Positions 19,701-28,900 of a stretch of 64,000 nt of DNA are shown here, in pieces. The position numbers and the translations under genes were made by a program. The notes under the pieces were generated by a model. It was not told where the DNA came from. It saw only the letters and a list, made by a program, of their open reading frames with translations, and searched no databases. Origin of the DNA: a virus; the IMG/VR virus record IMGVR_UViG_3300047357_001427, positions 6,923 to 70,922 of that record; one strand, 5' to 3'. How positions within the stretch are numbered: the stretch's first letter is position 1; every line of letters starts with the position of its first letter.

Positions 19701-21639
19701 AAAAAGAGTAAATCTTGGTTTTATATTGATGGCAGATAGTAGACAAGTGATACAGGACGTATCGGATTATCCCAACTCATTCGATAAGGTGCAATCTTAT
19801 AAGAGCGTAAACATAAAAAACCCTAATAGCCAACTAATGGAAGATTCGCCTAGAGCGGTTAGTCAGGCCTTGGCTCAGTTTTATAATAGCCCACGAGCTG
19901 AGCATGTGACCGATAGGATTATCATTATGTTGAGCGATGGTATTTTTACGACTCCCGACGCAACTGGATTGTCACCACCCTATAACCAGGTTTATAGCCA
20001 ATATACTCTTGATATGTGCGCTCAATTAAGAAAGGGTGGAGAGTTGGCGGTTAGACGGCCAACCGACAAAGTACTAAAGAAGTATGGATACGGAAGTCAG
20101 ACGCCTTTTAATAAGCTAGAGAATTATAAAACAAAAGAAAAAGATGGGGGGGTATCTCAATACAATAATCCAGACATTGAAGAAGAGAACCCTACCTGGT
20201 ACAATGAAGAAATGCCGACGGTATTTATGTTTGCCAGGGTGGGCATACCTGGCCAATTATCAACTTACGCTCCAAACTATGTTTATGATTATGATAAACC
20301 GGCGCCGTACTTAGAACCACCAAGCAAGACTCCTCAATTCTTTTTTCCAATAACGCAGGCTGGCGACTTAAATGGCGAGGTAACTAGAATGATGGACCTA
20401 ATAAAAGTTGTAGAAATGCTAACCAATGATAATGGTTATCAAAACGTGTTTTCAATAGTGTTATATAATTGCGGGCCTCATGATGTGCAGCTTAAGAATA
20501 CACTAGTAAACATAAAAGGCCAAGCTGGCCCGCTAAAATATACAACCGAAATCTTAAAGGAAGGAATACCTAGAGGTGGTAACGTTCGTGACTTAAATTA
20601 TACCCAACCACACCAAGGTAAAGCATTAATAAATCAAGGTTATGGTGGCCAATATTATGGAGATCTAGATAATCAGGATTTATTTTCAGACGAACCAAGA
20701 GATTCAAATATATTGTGGTCTTCATTTAATACGAAGTACGAAGTATCTAGGGAGGGGGTTATTGAAAATATAAATGGAGGTTGGGCTGAGAATTCAACAC
20801 TAAGTGAGGGAGTAAAGAATGTGGGTGTCGCTTTCAAGGGAATGCCTGTAAGGGTATTTAAGGCGGATTCAGGTTTGGAAATAACAGACTATAACATAGG
20901 TAATGTTCACGCTGACAATCAATACAGGGGTGATTATTCACACTTGCCGTTGGTTAAGCCTGGTGAGAAACTTGATTTGTTTTTTGGAATAAAAACTAAC
21001 AAGCTGAGCGATTTCTCTGAGGGCGTGCAATTGTTAGTAAATTCAGACGATGGAACCATAAGAGAGATGGATTGCTATGCTAATTATGAATTTGACATAC
21101 TCATTCCAACAAGTAAAGACATTATAGGAGACACCAAAACAAAAGATAAGGGCCCAAAGAATTGCCAGAGTGTATGGATGAATTCAAATCTTGTTATAAA
21201 TCATCCAGAATATGGAAAAGTTTCTTTTGATAGTAGCCCTAAGTTACCTATCGCCCCAACATACCACCCTGAGGCTTTAAGGAATTTCGCAGATAAGCCG
21301 CCGACGTCAGGGGGTAATTCTTTCAAGATGTGCAACATAGCTTCAGCTCAAACATATACATTTTCTCAACCAATAAGAAATCCTCTTTTGGCTGTGTATA
21401 GTTTGGGGACCCCTGGTCTTAGCGTAACTATAAAAACAAGCACCAAAGTTATCGATTATTCGGGAGGAGCAAAATCAGCTGAAAATTCTACTATAGTTGT
21501 TGATACAGACTTTAGCTTCAAGGGGCCAGAGGCTTTTGGAGTCCTTCAGTTTCCGGGAGAACATACAAGTATAACTTTAACACCAAGCACTCCTGAGTGT
21601 TACTATAGTCTCGTATGGGGGTTGCAATATTGCCCATGA
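16702..21639 (+). CDS. Minor tail protein: two lambda gpM-like domains plus a VWA domain
   Basis: FIWRPSYG..LTLNFNNRTDAEAKAIVHFL and FDHKPS..VVFDKRSDQEAAEILQFLESHLG..ITATFVE (gpM-like). DLVFIVDTTGSM and IIIMLSDG (VWA MIDAS-like). Confidence 0.75.
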   Translation: MDIPASLWNTARQYKKDDIVQVANLALPGDEYRDKNGDLVQPITTHDYLQLQTDQEYVISADVLAEVDVIDSQEITIGTYFSINNSLNYSIGCMVKKLTESSSTIDDQKTYITQSSGGVVDLENSIGIGVGIKFLDALGERIKVSNLRDSHRLMAGSELNDREYYNVLLDIEASSIPDGAVGAYLFVFVYGIKSGGFMFKKPFASDLGRFFYCVEDHSSGFGNEPNAELGSKYWTQDFIWRPSYGSKSDFVAINDELKMGEGKDYVTSMAINSLPMELTLNFNNRTDAEAKAIVHFLQEKSFAYNSIFSLDYKGNRLLSSDVASFNFKYSYPYKDDLKYTCTEFDHSIVYRNKNNIKAKFVCNTESTLASFESHAGYNKRVDALIPIFIDEVTHFKKGEQISLNTFTLEGDDGAKKIEPSNILKVKRYDEPGESIKGLIICKEPEKFEEGDCVFVKVKDPENSIYNVGKTKIYKKISETEFVFHPLLEEGSYEDVVNLKATSSAGENTSVQWFDEDIGNQLKIREEELETIDLADQVWRPTDINKITPRETTLEQDYGAQYFEENALEQITIRGQEFIVFDNVSIVRMPTCPEDCADSKVLMPEGVSIIPATNEDPATGESRKRQVYLKNYRRLQIDSEITADTQTVKFTPMESFTLEAKDDFWLLISAVQGRSSLYLKDPDEIPKYPWLEVRTFDHKPSLNFNINHTPENIQTSFLKYYNKKYKKELNSNLSTFNVVFDKRSDQEAAEILQFLESHLGHKKFRFQMPRPYLKDTSATTSPSRPFISTFYCPSWGHDIVYKNNHSITATFVESTTSTEEDLRNVFGIGREEQKPCYGAELFDPVTKFELCTFSSILQATNGIGFEVVEGENEQLIGKSKAVDLVFIVDTTGSMTNQSMETNGVTKTKYQVCVDILLKMITAHDSYIMPGTESYNGEFNTPALSFGSNSGDNTIPPWPADNEVLNSLLPKLYDPLKELRDSLENEGYNLKNLDRFKIKIDQKRVNLGFILMADSRQVIQDVSDYPNSFDKVQSYKSVNIKNPNSQLMEDSPRAVSQALAQFYNSPRAEHVTDRIIIMLSDGIFTTPDATGLSPPYNQVYSQYTLDMCAQLRKGGELAVRRPTDKVLKKYGYGSQTPFNKLENYKTKEKDGGVSQYNNPDIEEENPTWYNEEMPTVFMFARVGIPGQLSTYAPNYVYDYDKPAPYLEPPSKTPQFFFPITQAGDLNGEVTRMMDLIKVVEMLTNDNGYQNVFSIVLYNCGPHDVQLKNTLVNIKGQAGPLKYTTEILKEGIPRGGNVRDLNYTQPHQGKALINQGYGGQYYGDLDNQDLFSDEPRDSNILWSSFNTKYEVSREGVIENINGGWAENSTLSEGVKNVGVAFKGMPVRVFKADSGLEITDYNIGNVHADNQYRGDYSHLPLVKPGEKLDLFFGIKTNKLSDFSEGVQLLVNSDDGTIREMDCYANYEFDILIPTSKDIIGDTKTKDKGPKNCQSVWMNSNLVINHPEYGKVSFDSSPKLPIAPTYHPEALRNFADKPPTSGGNSFKMCNIASAQTYTFSQPIRNPLLAVYSLGTPGLSVTIKTSTKVIDYSGGAKSAENSTIVVDTDFSFKGPEAFGVLQFPGEHTSITLTPSTPECYYSLVWGLQYCP

Positions 21640-23015
21640 GTTTTATAACTGAACAATCTGGGGTATGTCTCTCTCCTTCCGGTGAAACTGTCTATACTTC
21701 ATGCAATTGGTTTATTGATGAACATGGGCAGCGGTATTTAAATACGGAGGAAAGTAAGAGGATACTTCCAGAAGGCAACTGTTTGCCGATTGCTAATTTT
21801 GATTGTGACTCTAGTAGGAAAACGGTTGATAGTGGTAAGTTTGTATCAATTGTAAATACGTGTAGCTTGCCAATAACTATTACTGGTTTTAGAAATTCAG
21901 ACCCCGAAAGGTTTTCTATATTGAGGTACCCTGAATATGCTGGATTTTCTGAATACACAACAGGAAATACTGAAGAATTACCTTTTACTGTCGAACCCTT
22001 TCAGAGAAAAGTCGTTAATGCATTTTTTCATCCATTAATATCTGAGCTTGCAAGTGGGACTCCCGGAACGTTAGAAAATAGAAATGGAGATAAATTTAGA
22101 GCAAAAATAGACATTCTTCCTGGGTTCGAAGTCTTGAACTGCCAGAAGGAAAACTTTGTTTCTGTGCTTTGGTGGGATGGATCATGTGGCGGAGGTGGAG
22201 ATAACTTAATACTAATGGATCAGCCAATCGAAAGTTCTGGCCAATGGTTTGAGCCATCAGGATTGGATTCATACATAGTAAGGACTGGGATATATTACCC
22301 AGAGCAAGAGGCTGCTCAATATTTTGATCATACAGGTCAAGACATAACACTAACAGAAGACTACGAGCTTCCATCAAACTATTGCTCCGCATCGTTTAAG
22401 CTTGAAGCTGAGTTTTTGTGCGAAGCCGTTGGCAGGGAATTTCTAAACAATGATGACAACTTCATAGAGCCAGACTTGTCGATAATCAAAAAAATACAAA
22501 ACCAATATTCATTAGGTAAGAAAAAAACGATAGAGCTAAATATAGCAAACAATAAATCTGTGCAGAATATTTTTACAGGACTTAGAGATTGCTCTGTGGC
22601 TTATGCTTCAATGCTAGAAAATATGAATCCAATTTGGCACGAAGCTTATGGGGATGTTGGGATATCTGGATCTCTTGGCGCTTTTCATTCTTTGGTTGAT
22701 GGCTTGATCAAGGCGGGGCAAGACGTTGATATTAATAATTTAATTATGTCAACTTTACCTCCAACGAATATAAGTTATGGTGGCGCTGAGATTCAAGTAT
22801 CTTACACGAGTAATAATACAGGGCAAGTGGAACTAGATGGATACCTATGGACGGGCATGGTGATAGAGAATAGGCCTGTGAAAAATACTGAATACTTGAC
22901 AAATCAAGCGGTGTTTTTTAATGCCCAGATGATCCCAGGACCTCAAGAAGATGTCAGAATGTTTATAGTTGATAGCGGCGATTTTAATCTATACCCAATG
23001 AAAGAAAAAATATGA
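21615..23015 (+). CDS. Tail-associated protein with Ig-like domain (start probably ATG 21636)
   Basis: VSIVNTCSLPITITG..PFTVEP..VNAFFHP is an Ig/ASH-like pattern. Lies in the tail operon and shares a module with two other tail proteins. Confidence 0.5.
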   Translation: MGVAILPMSFITEQSGVCLSPSGETVYTSCNWFIDEHGQRYLNTEESKRILPEGNCLPIANFDCDSSRKTVDSGKFVSIVNTCSLPITITGFRNSDPERFSILRYPEYAGFSEYTTGNTEELPFTVEPFQRKVVNAFFHPLISELASGTPGTLENRNGDKFRAKIDILPGFEVLNCQKENFVSVLWWDGSCGGGGDNLILMDQPIESSGQWFEPSGLDSYIVRTGIYYPEQEAAQYFDHTGQDITLTEDYELPSNYCSASFKLEAEFLCEAVGREFLNNDDNFIEPDLSIIKKIQNQYSLGKKKTIELNIANNKSVQNIFTGLRDCSVAYASMLENMNPIWHEAYGDVGISGSLGAFHSLVDGLIKAGQDVDINNLIMSTLPPTNISYGGAEIQVSYTSNNTGQVELDGYLWTGMVIENRPVKNTEYLTNQAVFFNAQMIPGPQEDVRMFIVDSGDFNLYPMKEKI

Positions 23016-24157
23016 GTATATATAATATGTCATCGGGAGATAATGACCCAAATAATGATTTCTTAAGAATGCATATAGCTATGGATGCAGATTCAAGTTC
23101 AACTATCACAATTTTCAATAGCGGCAATACAGGAGTCGTTAAATATAGTACAAATTCTGATTACGCATGGAAGGTCGAGAGAATTAAATACATATCAGAA
23201 GACATAAGAGCATTAAAAGCTTCAGAGAGTCAAAGGGTTGGGTACCCTGAATCTATATCCTGGATCCCTGGTTCGTTGGTGTCGCCGCTATCGAGCTCGG
23301 AGGAAGTAGAGGTTGGTGATCTAGAATCATTTACAAGTAAAGATGACTTAAATGGAGCGCAATATCTAAAATCAGGACACCTAGTACTAGAAGAACACTA
23401 TGAAGAACAATGGAGCCCGCAGGGTATAATTCAAGTATCAAATGTTTATTCGGAGTACGGAAACATGCCGTTCGTTGACATAGAGAATAAAGATATAGAG
23501 TCCACAGGTGTTATAAATTTATATTCATCCTCTCTAAAGGGTTGCATTTTCAGCATTGACATAAAGAGGAATTTCATAAGTGGAGAGGCTAATGAGGCGG
23601 GCAGTATACTTCTATCAGATCAGATTGCTACAAAATCAAGCAGCTCAGTAAGAAGAAACGATACAATCAGCGAGTGGAATAGTATATTTGAGATAAATAA
23701 AAACTGCAACGCTGACTCTATATTTAAAAACGGAAAAAATAGAGACGAAGTGTTTGCAAAAGAATTAAAGTCATACCTAGATGACACTTGGTACAACAAA
23801 CTAAGGAGAAACTTGTGGGGTGATTATATAGATAATGAAAATATAGAATTAAGCTCAAGAGATCCAGAAACATTAAAGAATCATATATTTTATTGTTTTT
23901 ATTATTTTGGAGCTTCTGATGATATAAATATATTATCTAATGCTAGTTTTTACGCTAATGAAGGGTTGAGCTGGTATATTGGTCTTGGCGGTAAAAGTTT
24001 ATTTTCGAACAACATAAGGTCAATGAAAACCGAGTTGAGTTACCTCCCAGTCATATCCGAAACTAAAAAAGTAACAAAAGTTTATGGCCTACCACCTAGA
24101 ACAACTTATTCATATAATTTGCAAAACAATATTAATATTGCTGATTTTATTGATTAA
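23012..24157 (+). CDS. Hypothetical protein in tail module
   Basis: 381-aa ORF with ATGA overlap; no recognised motif. Confidence 0.6.
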   Translation: MSIYNMSSGDNDPNNDFLRMHIAMDADSSSTITIFNSGNTGVVKYSTNSDYAWKVERIKYISEDIRALKASESQRVGYPESISWIPGSLVSPLSSSEEVEVGDLESFTSKDDLNGAQYLKSGHLVLEEHYEEQWSPQGIIQVSNVYSEYGNMPFVDIENKDIESTGVINLYSSSLKGCIFSIDIKRNFISGEANEAGSILLSDQIATKSSSSVRRNDTISEWNSIFEINKNCNADSIFKNGKNRDEVFAKELKSYLDDTWYNKLRRNLWGDYIDNENIELSSRDPETLKNHIFYCFYYFGASDDINILSNASFYANEGLSWYIGLGGKSLFSNNIRSMKTELSYLPVISETKKVTKVYGLPPRTTYSYNLQNNINIADFID

Positions 24158-24180
24158 TTAATTTATAATATATATATGTC

Positions 24181-25230
24181 ATGAGTAATACGGAAAAGAA
24201 TATTAAAACTTTATTTGAATTGGATCCTTCTGCTATTATTTGTTTGTATAGAATAAACTTAAGAGAAAAGGGTCAGTATTTATTTCACGCCGGAGAAAAT
24301 GGATATAAAAACAAGCTAGTATTTAATAACCAGGAGTACGATTTCTTTCCTATAAAGGTCGATGGCTTCGAAACCCCAGGAGACGGAAGGCTTCCTCGGC
24401 CAAAGATGACGTTCACCAATCACCAAGGAGTAATTTCCTTGCGGCTTAATTATTTTGACGATTTTATTAATTATAAAGTTACTAGAATAAAGACATTTGT
24501 TAAGTATTTAGATGCAATTAATTTTCCTCATGGTGTTAATCCTCACGCCGAACCTGATCCTGATGCAGCTTTTGGGGAGGATGTTTTCTTTGTTAATCAA
24601 AAAACAAAAGAGGATGATAGTATAGTAGAATTTGAACTCGTATCTCTTCTTGAGTTGGAAAACGCAAATGTGCCGGCTCGCACAATTTATTCTAATAATT
24701 GTCCGTGGAACTACAGGGGGGCAATTGGCTGCGGTTATAACGGAAAACCTATATCAGACGCGAAGAACAAGAGGTTTGTGCCGAGCGGATATCATCCTGT
24801 AAAAATAGGGGATAAGTTTTTACCAGGGGGAGCGGTTGGGGCTGATGTTTATTTTGAAGACGAGTTTCAAAGTGAGGAGTTTGCTAAGGCGGAAAGTGAC
24901 GACAGCTATCAAGATTGGATCATAACGGAAACATACCAGAAGGGTGATGTTGTCAAAGTGGTTCCATATGATTACGACTCAGACCTTAATCCGATAGATA
25001 TATATGTATGTTTGAATAATCAAGTTAGATCTAACCCCATACACGACTCAGAAAACTGGGCTCTAGATGATTGCGATAGAACATTGTGTGGTTGCAGGTT
25101 GAGGTTCTCAGACCAATCTGTTGATGCTGGGGGCGGATCGAGATCCTCTAACGAGAAGTCATGCGTAGAGTCAAAAGATGGACTTCCGTTTGGAGGTTTT
25201 CCTGGAGTTGACCCTTATGAATTTAAGTAA
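24181..25230 (+). CDS. Minor tail protein L (lambda gpL-like, Fe-S cysteine motif)
   Basis: FFPIKVDGFE, LPRPKMT, VEFELVS, CPWNYRGAIGCGY, CDRTLCGCRLRF and LPFGGFPG. Confidence 0.9.
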   Translation: MSNTEKNIKTLFELDPSAIICLYRINLREKGQYLFHAGENGYKNKLVFNNQEYDFFPIKVDGFETPGDGRLPRPKMTFTNHQGVISLRLNYFDDFINYKVTRIKTFVKYLDAINFPHGVNPHAEPDPDAAFGEDVFFVNQKTKEDDSIVEFELVSLLELENANVPARTIYSNNCPWNYRGAIGCGYNGKPISDAKNKRFVPSGYHPVKIGDKFLPGGAVGADVYFEDEFQSEEFAKAESDDSYQDWIITETYQKGDVVKVVPYDYDSDLNPIDIYVCLNNQVRSNPIHDSENWALDDCDRTLCGCRLRFSDQSVDAGGGSRSSNEKSCVESKDGLPFGGFPGVDPYEFK

Positions 25231-25944
25231 ATGTTTGAGAGGCAAGTCATAGTTCACGCAGAGAGCAATCCAGAAGAAGAGGTGTGTGGATTTGTTTTGC
25301 TTAATAAGGATTTAAGCGTATCAGTTGAGCCCGCAATAAACGAACATTCAGCGCCAAGAGATTGCTTTGCGATATCACCAAGAAGCTTCATTAGGCGCTC
25401 CATGAGCAAAACCATAATAGGAGTATACCACTCCCATCCAAGAAGCAACGAGAGGCCTTCTGATCCGGATATAGCTATGTCTGAGGAAATGGGGATACCT
25501 TATTTAATTTACAGCGTAATAACCAAGAAGTTTTTTCTTTATTACCCCGAAAGTTACGAGCCCAAAAGACTCACTGGGAACCCATACGTCAAGGGTTTCT
25601 TTGAGTGTACTTGTTTGCTTAAAGACTATTTCAAAAAAGAACTAAACATAAACATATCTAAATGGAACGAAAACTATTGGCTTCCACAAGAAGATAAAGA
25701 TGCAAATAGACTATTAATAAATATATTAAATAATAATTTAAATAAAATAGAAGATAAAAAATTACAAAAACATGATGTAATAGTGTTTCAGGTTGGGCGT
25801 AATAATAGGTGTCACGTTGGTGTATATTGCGGTGATGATTACTTCATACATCAGGCTGATAAAATTTTATCAAGAAAGGAATTACTTGATCACCGTTGGC
25901 AGGCAAAAATAAAAGAAGTGTACAGGCACTCATCGTTAGTGTAA
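25231..25944 (+). CDS. Tail assembly protein K-like (JAB/MPN + NlpC/P60)
   Basis: EEVCG..YHSHP..PSDPD JAB motif; GFFEC..HVGVY..FIHQ NlpC/P60 motif; follows gpL. Confidence 0.9.
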   Translation: MFERQVIVHAESNPEEEVCGFVLLNKDLSVSVEPAINEHSAPRDCFAISPRSFIRRSMSKTIIGVYHSHPRSNERPSDPDIAMSEEMGIPYLIYSVITKKFFLYYPESYEPKRLTGNPYVKGFFECTCLLKDYFKKELNINISKWNENYWLPQEDKDANRLLINILNNNLNKIEDKKLQKHDVIVFQVGRNNRCHVGVYCGDDYFIHQADKILSRKELLDHRWQAKIKEVYRHSSLV

Positions 25945-25963
25945 ATATACACAAGGAAAAAGG

Positions 25964-28900
25964 ATGAAGAAGGTATTTTTACACGGAGAGCTTGGTAAGG
26001 AGTTTGGGGAGGAGTGGAGTTTAGATGTTAAATCTGCTTCTGAGGCTTTGTCTGCCCTGTTCGCAAACAACAGTTTAATAGAAGTTTACCTAAATAAAAA
26101 GCAGCAGGATAATGTATTTTACGGGGTAAGAAGTGGAAAATGTCAGTCATTTCTTACGAGTGACGAAATGAGCGCAAGGACTAATGATGATTTCCACCTG
26201 TTTCCTATACCTATTGGCTCTGGGGGGGCAGTGGTTGGGTTAATGGTCACTGCAGCGACCACTGCTGCTAGCATGTATGTTTCTAAGAAAATGGCTGAAG
26301 CTATGCAGCGTGAGGATAAAACTGTAAAAGCTCAGACTCAATCATTTTTATTTAACGGTAGTGAGAATAGATACGAGCAAGGGGCAACTGTTCCTTTGGG
26401 TTATGGAAGAATGAAGGTTGGGAGTAATACTATATCTGCTTGTAATGTCAATTACGATTACGACTCAGACAAGGGGGATATATTTAATTTCACAAGCGGG
26501 CTTTATAGTTTAATACCAACGTACAGCAAATACTACAATGACGAATACGGACCACTTGGTTCTTCTTTTCATGTTAATCAATTCGATGGTAGTAGCAAAT
26601 TTAAAACTGCAGATCCTGCTTATTTATTTTTGAAAACAGCGCCATCATTGAATACATTTGGTTCGAACGATGGATCATATGGTCAGTATGAAGATGCGGC
26701 AGCACAACAAAATAGGTATGTTACGCAAGGCAGTAGCGAAGGTAATTCTATTGGTGGGTACATGTATTATGAGTATAATTATTTTAAAGGTTTGAATAAG
26801 TCACTACTTGGAAATGCTCAAGCTAATGGTAATTGGTTTCAGGATCCGAATATTTTAGACAATACATTGGCGGTTTCATCGGCGGTTGCAATAAAGAGTT
26901 CGTTAGTGTGCCTTCAGTCAGCCCCAATAGCTGGAAATGAAGAAAAAGTTTTTTACCCAATAATGTTTGCCGATAGCGAGCTTACTAGTGCAAGAAATCC
27001 TATAGATAGGAACGATCAGGGTTTTGCTCCAATACAGGTTGGAGAAAGGTGGAAGGGGGCAGATAAGAATAATGGAGTAGGTTGGTTTAAGTTAGAATCC
27101 GCTTCAGTTTACAAGGCTGTGGACTTAGTGTGTGAGGGGCCTATTGATGGTTTTTCAGACAACAATGGGGATACATTAAAGTTTCGCAAAGAACTAGAGA
27201 GAAACGACGATCCAGCTTTAATGAGAAACAGTATGGATGACTACCTACAAGGGGTATACTTGAATGACGACCAAGCTAAGGAAGTCAATCATGCGACAAA
27301 TTTAGATTCTTACAATATAAACGAATTCGATATAGACATAGGTATGAATAAGGATGGTCTAATTGGGTCAAACGATCAATCTTTACTAGAACCTCAGTAT
27401 TTATTTACAGCAAACACTAAGGACATAAACGCTCCGCTGTATGGGCCAAGATCAATTAATCAAGGAGCTATAGTTACAGAGCAAAACGATATAGGTCCAT
27501 TCAAGCAAAACAAAACCTACAAGTTAGGGGAATTGGTATCTTATCAGGACGACGGTCAATCTTATAATTATAAATTAAGTAATAGTTTGTCGAATAAATT
27601 TTCAAAAAATGAGGACTATAACTATGCAGCAGATGATGTCAAGATAGTTTACGAAGAGAATGGAGATAGTAAGACTTTTTATGCGGCCACACAATTGATA
27701 AATGAATATAATACATTCGACGGAGGCTATGTGGACATTGAAAACGATAATTATTATCTACCTGGAGATAAGATAAAGTCAGAAAGTTTCTTGGGCGGTG
27801 TTAAATACTACGAAATGGGGCCTGATTCTGAGAAATTTTTAGGCGTATTTGATTACAAAAAAACTTACGCTGGCCTCAATGGATATGTAATAATGAAATC
27901 TCAGGGCGACGTAAATTCTACATCTCCTATATATAAAATAACTGGAGATTACAACCCCGCTGAGAATGACTCGATAGGGGAATTTGCTAAATTATTAATG
28001 CACAAATATAGAGACGAAGACAATCAAGAAAAAGTTGTTTCTAGTGATCCAATATATATATTAAAAAATACAGAAGATGAAGATTTGGCGGGAAATAGAA
28101 TTATAGGAGATGAGCAGGATATTACGCCATCCACATCTAATTTGTGGCAGTCTATAGTTATAACATCCCCTCAGGATGAAGTTAAGAATGGACCTATAGG
28201 TCCGGGCATCCAAGGCGATGAATATAATGGAGATTTAAATTTGTTTAAATTTGCAAATAACGATTCAGTTGAATTAACAAAGTCTCAAGAGGAAGAGTAT
28301 TATGTCGCCCACTCTATAATTAATCCATTAGTTGAGGAGGTTTATGTTTCGCTACAGATTGACGAATTAGCTTACATATATGAAGGTGACGAACTCAACG
28401 TGACATACAAACCTGGAGCATTAATGGGTGCCCTTTTTGGATTGATGATAGTTGCCGAAGAGGCTACCGCTGTGGCTGGTAGTATCGCGGCAGCTATAGG
28501 TTTGCCTACTGAGCCCGGAGCAAAAATAATGGGTGGGAAGCAAATGGCAAAAGCAGTGGCTAAGATAGCGTCAGTAATTGCGTTGGGAGCTGTACTGGGA
28601 AACAATACAAAATTTAAAATAGGAACAAAAGTAGAAAACTCAGGAGAGACCTGGCCTAATAGGGCAAGATTTAGAATTAAATATGGCAACCAAGGAGAAT
28701 CGCAGTATTCAACAGATGTGTACATTTATGGAGTAGCTACGTCGCCATATAGGAAAGATGTAAAAATCTATCTACCACCAAATCCCTCCGCAAAAGACCG
28801 GTCTATAAAAGTATACAAATTAAACAGGGAAAGGAACCCAGTAAAAGAAGGAGAGCAATCCGCAAGATACAAAGAAAAAATGCTATTAGCTGGCATAACG

